From NCBI GenBank assembly GCA_000146045.2, contig BK006936.2, positions 544,001 through 608,000 of the forward strand: a stretch of 64,000 nt of DNA, in the 5' to 3' direction. Source of the DNA: TPA_inf: Saccharomyces. Its lineage: Eukaryota. The position numbers and the translations under genes are program-made. The notes beneath the pieces are model-generated. The model had not been told where the DNA came from. It ran no database searches and was given only the letters and a program-made list of their open reading frames with translations. Shown in pieces: positions 21,723 to 32,343 of the stretch; position 1 is the first letter of the stretch, and each line of letters starts with the position of its first letter.

Positions 21723-23480
21723 ATGCTGGGCCGGGCACTAATCAACAAGTATGGATTTTTAATTCATCCTAGGAGATTTGTACATTTAAACGATAAGTCC
21801 CTTGATGGAACATTTATACTACCTTCGAAGAAAAATCATATGTATGATGTTCCAACTAATGATCCAAGCGGTATCCTGAATGCCTCGGATATCGATAGAA
21901 TCAATAATTTGCCATTTTTCGATAACACCAGTCCGACAAAAGAGACAAATACTAAGGAAGGAGCATTGTTGAGCGAAAAATTGGCCAGCGTTAAAGAATT
22001 ATTTGGAGAAGACCCTGAAAATCCTTCGTTTATCAATTACAGATTCCCCAGAGGTTTAGAGAATCCCTATTTTGACATTCAAGTAAATCAGCTAAAGAAA
22101 AAACGATTATCCGTCACACAATTATGCACTACGCAGAATTGGTGCGAGTTAAGGAATTTTTACGACTTTTATTCTCAAAATTTGTCTAACCAACTACTGA
22201 ACTTAAAATTTCAGGTGCAGAAAGGTAAAAAGATTCATAAATCACTAGAGGACGAAACGCATCCTGAATTAAATCAGTATAAAAGCTTTACCCACAATTT
22301 CCTTGCACTGACAAAATTATCTATGGATATTGATAATGATATGGATGCCCTGCTAGATAACTGGTTCAACTCTATCAATAGATTGGTCTCTTTATTCACC
22401 AAAGGTGACGGTCATGCAAGAGAAATAGTTTGTCATGGCTTCATTAACTTAGAAGATGGCAAACTGGTGGAGCATTTGCTGAACAGTGATAGCAAGACAA
22501 AGGAAAATGTGATTATATCAGGTGTTATTGACCACTTAACTCTTAGAAATAGGCACAATCATCAAGTACAGAAAGGTGCAGCTCATCTTGATACGGAATA
22601 TCAGAGCTGGGGTAATATCCTCACTAATTTACTATCAAATCTAAAAGAACTGAAGTCGAATAACGAGATTGTTATCTCTGATATCAAAACTAGGTCAGTA
22701 CCAAAAATACCATCTATTGAGTCCGTTATAGAATCCTCTAAATTACAGACAATGTATTATAAGTTTTTTTTTTCCCACCTTAGTCAAGACATGACACAAA
22801 CCTACCATAGCTTTTTAATCAATGCCCAGAGAAGAGGACTCGACGTTGATGCGCCCATAAATCCTACCAAGATTTTAACATTCATACTAACAAACCCACT
22901 CTTCGCTAATGATGTGAAGAACCTCCTGTACGGACTACCGATAAATCATTCTGCTTTCGATAACGACGCCAAAGGCTCTAATACATTTGATATGACCGCG
23001 TTCAATGATTTGCTGGATAGAGGTCCCACATCTTTTAACGTTCCGATTGAGCAAGACGAAGATAGTTCGGAGTCAACAAAATGTGTATCTTTGCGAGATT
23101 ATGGACATTTTTATACGAAATGGAAGACACCTCTAACTTTGAAATACTTTGCGGCAAGGTTATCACAGATCTATTTTATTGTGGGTAATCTCGTTTCGAA
23201 TGATTTAATGATAGAATATTATTACCATAACGATAATTTCCACAATATCATCTTCCCATATGATCCCTTGAAACTGGGAACCCATGCCCATGATTCTGCA
23301 ATGGTTTGGTTTGGTGGCAGAGATATGCATCCAATTGAGCCTACTCAAAAAAACTTCAACACATACTGTAAGTTTTGTGACTACAGACACGTTTGTTCTT
23401 GGAAAAATAAAAATGAATTGAAACTTATTGATCTAGGGAAAGAATTAAAAAAAATTATTCTTGAATCAAGTATGAAGTAG
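21723..23480 (+). CDS. EXO5: Mitochondrial 5'-3' exonuclease (Fe-S cluster, PD-(D/E)XK-like), 585 aa
   Basis: 585-aa ORF; the C-terminal Cys cluster (CKFCDYRHVCSW) fits an Fe-S exonuclease; synteny matches YBR163W. Confidence 0.85.
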   Translation: MLGRALINKYGFLIHPRRFVHLNDKSLDGTFILPSKKNHMYDVPTNDPSGILNASDIDRINNLPFFDNTSPTKETNTKEGALLSEKLASVKELFGEDPENPSFINYRFPRGLENPYFDIQVNQLKKKRLSVTQLCTTQNWCELRNFYDFYSQNLSNQLLNLKFQVQKGKKIHKSLEDETHPELNQYKSFTHNFLALTKLSMDIDNDMDALLDNWFNSINRLVSLFTKGDGHAREIVCHGFINLEDGKLVEHLLNSDSKTKENVIISGVIDHLTLRNRHNHQVQKGAAHLDTEYQSWGNILTNLLSNLKELKSNNEIVISDIKTRSVPKIPSIESVIESSKLQTMYYKFFFSHLSQDMTQTYHSFLINAQRRGLDVDAPINPTKILTFILTNPLFANDVKNLLYGLPINHSAFDNDAKGSNTFDMTAFNDLLDRGPTSFNVPIEQDEDSSESTKCVSLRDYGHFYTKWKTPLTLKYFAARLSQIYFIVGNLVSNDLMIEYYYHNDNFHNIIFPYDPLKLGTHAHDSAMVWFGGRDMHPIEPTQKNFNTYCKFCDYRHVCSWKNKNELKLIDLGKELKKIILESSMK

Positions 23481-23874
23481 TGTAGGTATTGTAACATTAT
23501 TTATTCTAGTTATTAAAAGGGTGTTGTTTCGTGAATACATTGAAGTCCTTTATTGGGTTATTAAGCACATAAATCTGTTTCTGCTTTCGGACGTCCTGTT
23601 TCAATAAATCGGAATTGAAATGACAATTTAATTTAAATGTATATATGCAACTTTCATTAAGAGGTCATTAGGTATTTTAATGCGGCCTTCTCATTCATCG
23701 GAACGATGTAATTGCCTTTAGAATTAAAACCCAAAGAGAAACATGTATACACTTACTAACTCTATTATGTTTGGATAGAGCTCCTTGATAATTCAGTTAC
23801 AAAACAAATTATATGTATATTCAATGCCATTTAAAAAGTATGCATCTACACTTTTTTTTTGCAAATCTTTATCG

Positions 23875-24426
23875 CTATAACTGTTCCTCTTTTATAACAT
23901 CAATCAACCAATCTAAACCTTCGGTAATACCTTCGCCTTTAATTGCACTGGATGCTACGATAGACCAACTTCTGTCCTTCAATTCTACAAGATTCAGTTC
24001 TTTGGAGACTTCACTGGCACTTAATGCACCCGGTTGGTCTTGTTTATTTGCAAAAACCAGCAGTGCTGCATCTTGCAATTCTTCTTCCTGTAACATCAAA
24101 TGAAGTTCCTTAGAGGCTGTAGACATACGATCTTTATCAGTCGAATCAACAACGAAAATAACTGCAGCAGTGTCTGCATAATAACACCTCCAGTAGGGCC
24201 TGATACTTGTTTGACCACCAAGATCCCAGACGTTCAATTTTAAGTTTTTATAACTTAGCGTCTCTACATTGAAACCAATGGTTGGCTTTGTAGTGACTAC
24301 TTCGCCAATTTGTAAACGATATAAGATGGTAGTTTTACCTGCACCATCCAAACCCAAAATCAATATACGCAATTCTTTGTTTGAACCCCATAGTTTGTCA
24401 AACATTGAACTAAAAATGTTACCCAT
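23875..24426 (-). CDS. ARL1: ARF-like small GTPase, 183 aa
   Basis: [38 protein letters not shown]...WDLGGQ...: N-myristoylation Gly2, P-loop and DxxGQ motifs. Confidence 0.95.
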   Translation of the reverse strand: MGNIFSSMFDKLWGSNKELRILILGLDGAGKTTILYRLQIGEVVTTKPTIGFNVETLSYKNLKLNVWDLGGQTSIRPYWRCYYADTAAVIFVVDSTDKDRMSTASKELHLMLQEEELQDAALLVFANKQDQPGALSASEVSKELNLVELKDRSWSIVASSAIKGEGITEGLDWLIDVIKEEQL

Positions 24427-24851
24427 CTTGATCTATAACTCACTTTACTGGAACTTTCTTCTTAGATCTTTCTTTATTTTTCCTTTGGTTTTAGAAACCT
24501 TATTACTCACCGTTTCGTAAATACAAATGAACCACGCAATCCTTTACTACTTGAAAGTTCCGAGAACATTCTGCCTAATATTAATTGTCGTAAATCTAAC
24601 TTTTATAGGCAAAATAGTTTTATTCAAAATTTCAATTGGAAAGGGCTCTGTTACCCGTCCTGTACGATGCAGTGGGTTTTGTTATTGTCATAAGAAATAT
24701 TTAACCTACTCTTCCCATATATATCATAGAACACATTCTTAGTATGTTTTGAGAGCATCAATCTAACGTTGCCTTTGTCGTGATTTTGTGCGAGGAGGCG
24801 ATATAAGAGCTAAACAGATTTTTTTATATTTTAATCAAAAAGCTAATAATT

Positions 24852-25685
24852 ATGGCTTACTCTTTAACAAGGAAATTGCTGAAGGATTGGAAATATTTTA
24901 TGCGCCATCCTGAGAAGACCCAAGGTCTTTTTCATGTAAGGCCACATGATTCAGACTTACATCTTTGGCACGTGGTAATGTACGAGCCCAGGACTTCTTT
25001 GGAAGTATATCTACTACTTTATATTGGCGGAAACGACCAGGATCCATATATCATCATGAAATGTCTGTCTCCAAATTGTTGCTTTCCAATTAACAGAACG
25101 GTTTCGATGACACACTTAAACTATCTTTTATTGAAAGACTTGGGATTACAGGATTTACTTTTCCACATATGGCAACCGCTTTTTCATATTCAAGCAACGG
25201 AAGACTTACAGTATTCACCGTCAACGGTAAAATTCAACAGGGCGTGGAATAGGATTATATATAAGGACTTTAAATCTTATTTTCCGGAACTGATAGGTAC
25301 TTTACAACCAGGTGATTACTCTATAGTAAAGAGCTATTCCAAAAATCATAATATCAGCAATAGTAATGGTGGCAGTGTCAATGAATTTATGTCCTCTTAC
25401 AATGCTCAAAGCCACACCTTTCACGCACAAGACAACAGCAAGAACCCTTATACTAACAGCAGCATAGGAAAGTCTAGTATGTTATCTACTCTCAACAATA
25501 ATAACGTTAACAAAAGGACACATGACTACAATGCTATCGACTTTATGACCAAAAACTTACTTGCATGTGATGATGACAGTATTCATCCGGTCGTAAGTTC
25601 TAAAAGGTCAAGAACGTTGGCATGTCCAGATGAAACGAACGATAATCGCGGTAGTGAGCATTACACAAAGAGGAAAAAAATCTAA
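24852..25685 (+). CDS. UBS1: Ubiquitin-conjugating enzyme suppressor, nuclear protein, 277 aa
   Basis: 277-aa ORF; length and synteny match YBR165W. Confidence 0.75.
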   Translation: MAYSLTRKLLKDWKYFMRHPEKTQGLFHVRPHDSDLHLWHVVMYEPRTSLEVYLLLYIGGNDQDPYIIMKCLSPNCCFPINRTVSMTHLNYLLLKDLGLQDLLFHIWQPLFHIQATEDLQYSPSTVKFNRAWNRIIYKDFKSYFPELIGTLQPGDYSIVKSYSKNHNISNSNGGSVNEFMSSYNAQSHTFHAQDNSKNPYTNSSIGKSSMLSTLNNNNVNKRTHDYNAIDFMTKNLLACDDDSIHPVVSSKRSRTLACPDETNDNRGSEHYTKRKKI

Positions 25686-25841
25686 TGGGTTTATTTTTAC
25701 ATAGAATAGTAGAACTTTCTTCCTTTTTTCACGATTTTTTGCATGGGCATTTGTCACAATATATATTTTTATTCAGTTATATAAATATACTCCTTTTCAC
25801 AAAAGAAGGCCTAATATTATAGGAAATCAGCATTAAAAACA

Positions 25842-27200
25842 TTATGTATTTCTTTTTTCAGCGGCCGAACGGTCACTAGAATGACTCAGAATGGTTTTTA
25901 TCATCTCGTTGCCAATGAGATTAGCCTCTGGAAGCATTGGCTCAAAGAACTTTTGAACACTCTGAAATTGCTTTTTGTATATATCAAAATTGGCAAAAGA
26001 AACAACCGAGCTCCATTCTCTAGCCGAAATAACAAATTCTAAATCATCTTTTATGAATGATTTATCATGGATAGCTGCATCAATTGTCTGTTCTAATAAG
26101 CCAGGTTTTAAAAAAAGATATTCGGACACACCCAGGAATATTCTGAATAATGGCGTCGAACAAATCATATGATCATATGGATCAATACCAAGTTGAAACC
26201 ACGAATCAACAATCGCCAACAATGATAAATGTGAATTCGGCACTGGCTTGCAATTGTTGCTGTTACCAATGCTGCTTTTTGATAGCGAATATTTCTCTAA
26301 AATCGTGTCATCCAATAGTAAGAGACCAGTATGCTTTCCAAATACAAATTGCTTAGCTTTTAATAGTCTATCAGTAAGTTCTTGTTCTTTGTTATCTATC
26401 ATTAAACTAAATAGTTCTGTTGCACTGGTTGCATATTGAAGAATTTGCTGATGTGCACTTGGGTTTGTTATGGCTAATCCTGCGTAAACATGCCACTTGT
26501 TCGAATAGATTCTTAGTGATATATTAACTTTCACATTTTCTAGGCCACCGTACCATTTGTTTACACCCAGAGTCCAAGGATAAATCTTTATCTTTGCCCA
26601 CGCAGATCCCATACTTAAGAAAGCAGCATGTGTCACAGCTTGTGTATCAGCGGTAATCTTGTCATGCTCTTCATATGTCAAATAAACTTGCTTACTTTTC
26701 AAACATGCCATAACAGAATTAACGAACTCAAAAGATTCTGGGTACTGTGATCTGTGATTGATAATAACTAGTGGTTGGCCTTCAGTATTAACTTTAGGCC
26801 CATGAAGGGAATGCACGGTAATGATGTCGCAGTCCTTGGGTAAATACTTTTCGAAAGCCTCGATTTCCGGCAGCTTACAACTCGTTTGACCCCCAACAAT
26901 TGTTCCAACCTTAGAAGATGGTCCATACGTTGCGACGATCTTACTAATATTGGATGCTTCAACACTATAGATAATATAGTCGCTTTGCCTGGATACCAAA
27001 TGACCATTTTTCACCAGTTCGAATTTAGCTGAGGCATATTTTTCTTTCAGTTCATCATAATATTCTTCCCTATCACAACATATAACACCCCATCCAGCAT
27101 CTGTAAATTTATTAGCGTATAATAGGCCCATATCACCCAGACCAATTATACCAATGACTTTTGTGGCTTTCCATTGCTCAATCTTATCCTCTGATACCAT
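25842..27200 (-). CDS. TYR1: Prephenate dehydrogenase (tyrosine biosynthesis), 452 aa
   Basis: The track ORF starts at a TTG (27236). The first ATG is at 27200..27198 and gives 452 aa beginning MVSEDKIEQWKATKVIGIIGLGDMG (NAD-binding GxGxxG). Confidence 0.9.
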   Translation of the reverse strand: MVSEDKIEQWKATKVIGIIGLGDMGLLYANKFTDAGWGVICCDREEYYDELKEKYASAKFELVKNGHLVSRQSDYIIYSVEASNISKIVATYGPSSKVGTIVGGQTSCKLPEIEAFEKYLPKDCDIITVHSLHGPKVNTEGQPLVIINHRSQYPESFEFVNSVMACLKSKQVYLTYEEHDKITADTQAVTHAAFLSMGSAWAKIKIYPWTLGVNKWYGGLENVKVNISLRIYSNKWHVYAGLAITNPSAHQQILQYATSATELFSLMIDNKEQELTDRLLKAKQFVFGKHTGLLLLDDTILEKYSLSKSSIGNSNNCKPVPNSHLSLLAIVDSWFQLGIDPYDHMICSTPLFRIFLGVSEYLFLKPGLLEQTIDAAIHDKSFIKDDLEFVISAREWSSVVSFANFDIYKKQFQSVQKFFEPMLPEANLIGNEMIKTILSHSSDRSAAEKRNT

Positions 27201-27328
27201 GTTTATCAAGTGGATATGCTGTCCTCTTTCCTTCAAGTGCTACGGTATTCTTGTAATTCTAAAAACTTTTCTTGGTTTGAATAATTCCAGTATCACTTTC
27301 TTCAAAGCTTATTTTCATATAAGGCCTC

Positions 27329-27346
27329 AAAAAAAAAAAAAAAAAA
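27329..27346. repeat. Poly(dA)18 tract in the TYR1 upstream / POP7 downstream region
   Basis: 18 consecutive A residues. Confidence 0.95.
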
Positions 27347-27467
27347 TGACACATAGCTGAAGTGATAAACTTACTACACTGGTATAACGCTTATTAGAGG
27401 AAATCTAATAATAAACTGTTAGCTATAAATAGTATACAATAACAATGAGCGCTAAAAGTATGACATA

Positions 27468-27890
27468 TTAAACATAAATACGCAATTCTACACCGCTTAC
27501 AGCCCTTTTCTTTAGTTGGGTTTCTTTATCGTCATCTTCAACATCACTTTCCATGTCGATATCAGCTTGGCCTTCAGTTATTACTTCATCAAGAACTTCT
27601 ATAGTTTTAGTGTAAACCTCTATTTTCTTGTTCTTCTGATCTTGAAAATGACAACCTAATGCCAGTGTCTTTTCTACAGCTTTACCCATACCCAAAACCG
27701 CAACATAGGATGATCCTTGCTTATGAACGCTATCGAGAAACTTATTTATTCTTTTCAGTGCACTAACGTATGGTGTTGTAGACTTAACGAAAATTGTTGT
27801 GTGTATTTGCTTATGCGTTAGAGTTTTCAAAGATGGGTGTTTCGTTACTCGTTTGGTAGATTTGTTGTGTGTATTCTTTTTGAGTGCCAT
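27468..27890 (-). CDS. POP7: RNase P / RNase MRP protein subunit (Alba-like), 140 aa
   Basis: The track ORF is TTG-extended. The first ATG at 27890 gives the 140-aa protein MALKKNTHNK..., matching YBR167C. Confidence 0.85.
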   Translation of the reverse strand: MALKKNTHNKSTKRVTKHPSLKTLTHKQIHTTIFVKSTTPYVSALKRINKFLDSVHKQGSSYVAVLGMGKAVEKTLALGCHFQDQKNKKIEVYTKTIEVLDEVITEGQADIDMESDVEDDDKETQLKKRAVSGVELRIYV

Positions 27891-28370
27891 CCTGGGTGCA
27901 GAGTTCTCTTTTCTTCTTTGACCGTCAATCTTATTGCTTATTTCTGAATAGTTAAGTAGCTCTTTACAGAGAGTGAAATTAAACAAATGGTCAAACAATC
28001 GCAGGAAAAAAATGAAGAAAAAACATTTTTTCGAAATGACATGAGAAGACTATTGATGTACTTCTCATGATTATTCAACCATATTGAGCTGGACAGATTT
28101 TTACCAAATTGATTTGGGAATTTTAGACATTATTGTTGTCATACCATTTTCATATTCAATTCAACAGCCTGGTGGGGAAGTAAAGAAATTATCCCCGAAA
28201 CAAATACCCTTTTATGCTTATTTCCAAGAATTACTGGAACACCAACTGCAAGGGTAAACAGAATTGATGAAGAAGGTGCAATCACTCGAAACTACTTCAT
28301 ACTTTCTCTTTTCTTTCATTGATCTTAATTTAGTTCAGTGGACATCATTTTGCTAATTTCAAGGAAAGAA

Positions 28371-29612
28371 ATGGACACAAATTCTAAAACCAAAGTACAA
28401 ACTGAAAATAAAAAAATTAAGGCGAAATTTATACATAATCATGGGCAAAAGCCCTCTCTTATCCAAATTACACCTCCAATGATTTCCAGCACTCTGTTTC
28501 ACGCATATCCACTACTACTAATATTCGACAATGCCTTAGCGAATATAATGTGGCTGTCCGACGATAAATGTTTAACATTCATTTATCTAACGAGCATATG
28601 GCTGACCATAAGTTTTTTTATCCCCGTTGAAACAGAGGCTAGCCATTTTCTGCCATTTACAAAGATTTTGAGACTATGGTTAGGCATTATAAGCGGGGCA
28701 TTTCTATTCTTATCATTCATGTATTATATTGTTTCATTGATAGCTTCGTTAAGAGACACGGAACCTCCTACATTGGATGAAATTGTCGTGCTACTAGAGT
28801 CTGTGTTGGATAAACTGGAAGTACTGAGAAACGAGCTGAATGTTTGGAAAAAATTAAAGCTTTCATTTGATGGCGTCAATAAGGAGTGTTCTGGCAAGAG
28901 GTTGTTTTGCAGATTATTCTTATTCGGTACAATTTTTCAAATTATTATCATGAGATACATATCACCGGGAACTTATACTAGATTTTTTATTATTACCGGC
29001 TTGATATACAATACGAGTAGTTTTCAAGCTACCTTAAGGCTACTTTGGAGGTTTACTGCTGTTAGGAATTTCTATTATTTGGGGATTGAAAGTTTTAAAA
29101 TTTCGAGTTTCTTACCAAAACACTTAAAGATGGAACAAATTATTCCTTTATCTCAAGGACGTGCAATCACGGTGCCACTGGTAGAGGTATTGCCTAAACT
29201 ACTTCGGGACAAGAAGGGTGATGACCACATTCATATTCTACAGCTTCTACTTAATGAGCAAAAAGATAACTTTGGTAATGAAGACCTTAAAATACTAGAA
29301 ATTGAAGTATACGAAAATCAAAGAAGGTGGTATCAAAATAAAAATTGGAGTACAAAATTACTGCCGTACGAAAGACAAAACTACTGCATAGAAATTAAAA
29401 ACACTGATGGAACTTTAACCATGAGGAGTTGTTTGCCCCCAGATGGACTTGGTGAAGAAGAATTACCCAATAATTGGCATTGGATCAATGATAATTGGGA
29501 CGGAACTGATTGGATATATTCAGATTCAGCATGGAAAGAAATTGGACAATACAGTTCTTTGGAAAGTTTTACCAGGTCAAGAAAATGGAAACGACGCCTC
29601 TTCCATTTGTAA
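28371..29612 (+). CDS. PEX32: Peroxisomal integral membrane protein (Pex23/Pex30 family), 413 aa
   Basis: The track ORF begins at GTG 28338. The first ATG at 28371 gives 413 aa with several transmembrane segments; matches YBR168W. Confidence 0.8.
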   Translation: MDTNSKTKVQTENKKIKAKFIHNHGQKPSLIQITPPMISSTLFHAYPLLLIFDNALANIMWLSDDKCLTFIYLTSIWLTISFFIPVETEASHFLPFTKILRLWLGIISGAFLFLSFMYYIVSLIASLRDTEPPTLDEIVVLLESVLDKLEVLRNELNVWKKLKLSFDGVNKECSGKRLFCRLFLFGTIFQIIIMRYISPGTYTRFFIITGLIYNTSSFQATLRLLWRFTAVRNFYYLGIESFKISSFLPKHLKMEQIIPLSQGRAITVPLVEVLPKLLRDKKGDDHIHILQLLLNEQKDNFGNEDLKILEIEVYENQRRWYQNKNWSTKLLPYERQNYCIEIKNTDGTLTMRSCLPPDGLGEEELPNNWHWINDNWDGTDWIYSDSAWKEIGQYSSLESFTRSRKWKRRLFHL

Positions 29613-29914
29613 TAGTATTGCTTTAAGCCTCTAAACTGCATATATAGTTGGTTGCCTAACATTATCATGATATGAAGAATTTTCTCATACTTTGAAACAT
29701 AGGACAAGTAAAACTTTATAAGATCATGTGCACTTTGTGTATGTTATTTCATAATTTTCATTAAATTCTTATAACGGCTTATGTAGAAATAATTATCATT
29801 TTTATAATAGAAGATTGAATATAGAGGTAATGTATAAAGGGCACATAATGAAGCACTAGTGGTTCATTTAAGAAAGAATAAAGAGGGAACAATCCAAATA
29901 GACAAAAATTCCGA

Positions 29915-31996
29915 TTAATCAAGGTCCATGTTTTCATCATTGTTGTCATCGCTATCATCACTTGCAGCGCGTGCCCTTCTTTGCTCAGCCAATTTTTCAG
30001 CAATATCATTCATTTTAGAAGTTTCTTGATTCGCTCTGAGTGCTTGTCTTTTTTCTTCCTCCTTTGCTAAATATCTACCTCTAATAATATTCCCCAACGA
30101 TGCCAGCTCCTCATATTTAGCAATGTATTTTGCCTTGGTAGAATCGTCACCATCACCATATAACCAATTTTCAGTAGTGGCTAACATGTTTTTTAGCTTT
30201 TCTTTTTCTGCGTCAGACGCAAAATCGGAGTATTCATCATCGAGTTTGGCACGAAGGGTATAAATATACTCTTCAAGGGCATTTTTGCGATCCTCGGTTT
30301 CGGCAACTAACTTATCCTGGTTTCTTAATTCATTCTCTTTTTCAATTAGATCGTTCAACTCAACCGGGTTTAGCGCGAATGTTTTTGCAGTCATACCTAG
30401 CACATCTTTCTTAATTGTTTTAGTAACTTCTTTAAACTGGGGCTCGGCATCTTCTGGTGCGTCTTCCGGTAAAGGCACTGGCTCTTGAACCGTAATATCT
30501 TCCGTTGTGTAAGCGTTCTCGATAATATGCAAGCCGGAAGGATCGCATCTTAACTTGACCTTTACAGGAATAAAATCTTGATCTTTAGGAACCTTGACCC
30601 CAGTGAAGCTCCATTTTGCAATAGTGGTGGAAGTACCTTTTGGCAGTTTCGAAGGATGAGTGTACACCGCTTTCATGCTGAAATCTCCAGTACGATGTAA
30701 AGTAATTAGTTTAGTTGATGGATATGATGAATTAGCAGGGAATACTTCCAAACGGTCTTCGTCATCGACCTGCTTATCCCAAGTGTATGACACTGAATAC
30801 GGATCAATATCTTCAAATTTAAACGGCCTGACCCTTAAAGTTGGAGAGTGAATGGCACATATGAAAGCGGCCCCCTTGGCCACAGCTTCGTCTTGATTTA
30901 AAGTAGATGACAAAGGTTTTCCAAAAACATCAGAAATTGACTTCTTTAAAACTGGGATACGGGTTGTACCACCAATTATTTCTACGAAGTCAATATCATT
31001 GACAGTTAATTTAGCTTGAGCCAATGCATTGGTGATTGGATACGTCACACGCTTCAACAAGGGCTCTACTAATTCTTCCAGCTCTTCACGGCTCAATTGA
31101 GAGGAAACGTCGATATCATCCATAACAGATTCAACGGAGAAGGGGGCAGTAGTGTTCGCAGAAAGCACTTTTTTTAATTTTTCAGCAGCGATTAAAATTC
31201 TGTTATAAGCTTTCGGATTTTTCCTAATGTCAATCTTGTACTTGTCCTTAAACTGATCAGCAAAATGTTCTGTGATTGCGCGATCGAAATCTCTACCACC
31301 AAAGTGCTTGTCATAAGCAGTACCTAATACTTTCATTTCGCCTTTGCGGAAAGCCATAATAGAACAGGTGTAGGTAGAATGCCCAATGTCCACTAAGCCA
31401 ATGATTCTTGGCTTTTCTTCAGGACCTGGCAGATCATTCTTGAAGACGCCGTACGAAACGGCGGCTGCAGTCACATCGTTGACAATCCTTACAGGATTTA
31501 ATCCTGCAATTCTGGCAGCATCGGCTATGTTATAACGTTGTTCTTCCGAATACCATACAGGAACTGCGAGGCAGACATCGGTAATTGATGACTTCGTTTC
31601 CTCTTGAACGGTGTGCTTCACCTTATCAATGAACATAGCAGTCAGTTGAGTAGCTGAAAATACGTGTGTTTTACCGCCGAACTCCACTTCCACACCAACT
31701 TTACCATTTTTTAGCTGTACCAATTTCGAAGTGAAGAACTTATTCTCGATATCAAATTCAGGGTCTTTGAACTTTAGTCCAATGATTCTTTTCAAGTTTT
31801 CCACAGTGTTTTTAACATTCGATGTTTGCTTAGTTTTACCAGATTCACCTAAGTACCTATTTCTGGGGCCAAAGCCGACCAAGGATGGTGTAGACCTATT
31901 AGAAACTTCATTGACAACGACATCAATACCCCTATTTCTGGCAACTGCTAGTACTGAGTTATTGTTACCTAAATCTAAGCCAAATGGAGTGCTCAT
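29915..31996 (-). CDS. SSE2: Hsp110-family nucleotide exchange factor / chaperone, 693 aa
   Basis: [38 protein letters not shown]... with Hsp70-superfamily ATPase motifs; 693 aa as for YBR169C. Confidence 0.95.
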   Translation of the reverse strand: MSTPFGLDLGNNNSVLAVARNRGIDVVVNEVSNRSTPSLVGFGPRNRYLGESGKTKQTSNVKNTVENLKRIIGLKFKDPEFDIENKFFTSKLVQLKNGKVGVEVEFGGKTHVFSATQLTAMFIDKVKHTVQEETKSSITDVCLAVPVWYSEEQRYNIADAARIAGLNPVRIVNDVTAAAVSYGVFKNDLPGPEEKPRIIGLVDIGHSTYTCSIMAFRKGEMKVLGTAYDKHFGGRDFDRAITEHFADQFKDKYKIDIRKNPKAYNRILIAAEKLKKVLSANTTAPFSVESVMDDIDVSSQLSREELEELVEPLLKRVTYPITNALAQAKLTVNDIDFVEIIGGTTRIPVLKKSISDVFGKPLSSTLNQDEAVAKGAAFICAIHSPTLRVRPFKFEDIDPYSVSYTWDKQVDDEDRLEVFPANSSYPSTKLITLHRTGDFSMKAVYTHPSKLPKGTSTTIAKWSFTGVKVPKDQDFIPVKVKLRCDPSGLHIIENAYTTEDITVQEPVPLPEDAPEDAEPQFKEVTKTIKKDVLGMTAKTFALNPVELNDLIEKENELRNQDKLVAETEDRKNALEEYIYTLRAKLDDEYSDFASDAEKEKLKNMLATTENWLYGDGDDSTKAKYIAKYEELASLGNIIRGRYLAKEEEKRQALRANQETSKMNDIAEKLAEQRRARAASDDSDDNNDENMDLD

Positions 31997-32020
31997 TATA
32001 TTATATCCTTTGGTTACGTC

Positions 32021-32036
32021 TGTTACAGGTAAAAAA
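32021..32036. repeat. Poly(dA)16 (poly-T on the coding strand) 25 bp upstream of the SSE2 ATG
   Basis: 16 consecutive A residues. Confidence 0.95.
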
Positions 32037-32217
32037 AAAAAAAAAAGGAAGTTTTAAGGGATATTTCCAAAATCTATATACAAGATTTCATAAATAAAAA
32101 TCTCTAAACGGCAAAGTCCTTTGGTTTATATCAAGAGTACCTTAATATATACCAATTTGTAAAAGCGACTCCCAGTTATTGTTCCTTAAAACTCCTCGTA
32201 TGATGTGATTTTTGGTA

Positions 32218-32238
32218 AGGGGACGTTCTAGAAACGTC
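32218..32238. promoter_or_regulatory. SSE2: Heat-shock element (GGAcgTTCtaGAAacGTC: two perfect and two imperfect nGAAn units) with an adjacent STRE (AGGGG) about 225–240 bp upstream of SSE2
   Basis: TTCtaGAA at 32226..32233 is flanked by GGA and GTC units at 5-bp spacing; AGGGG at 32218..32222. Confidence 0.55.
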
Positions 32239-32343
32239 TACTATTTTGGATGATTTACATAGTTTTAAAATAAAAAAGGCTCAATTTTACCTTCCGCGCA
32301 TTTCTATTTTTTTAATCTAAAACCTCAAATCTTACAGTCTCTC

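Noticed and set aside
25842-27236. Apparent N-terminal extensions of many track ORFs (TYR1 +12 aa, POP7 +36, PEX32 +11, SWD3 +18, ECM31 +23, DTR1 +19, GDT1 +24, NTC20 +9, CSH1 +1, YPC1 +1), which at first looked like longer isoforms
   Set aside because: In each case the first codon of the track ORF is TTG, GTG or CTG, not ATG, and no ATG occurs in the extension. The ORF caller evidently allows alternative start codons. The first ATG reproduces the known protein length, so these extensions are artefacts. Only SMY2 has a real upstream ATG, reported separately.
27201-27467. Gcn4 response element upstream of TYR1 (aaaaTGACACAtag), and TGAGTAA upstream of ECM31
   Set aside because: Each differs from the TGACTCA core at a critical position, so I am not confident enough to annotate them.
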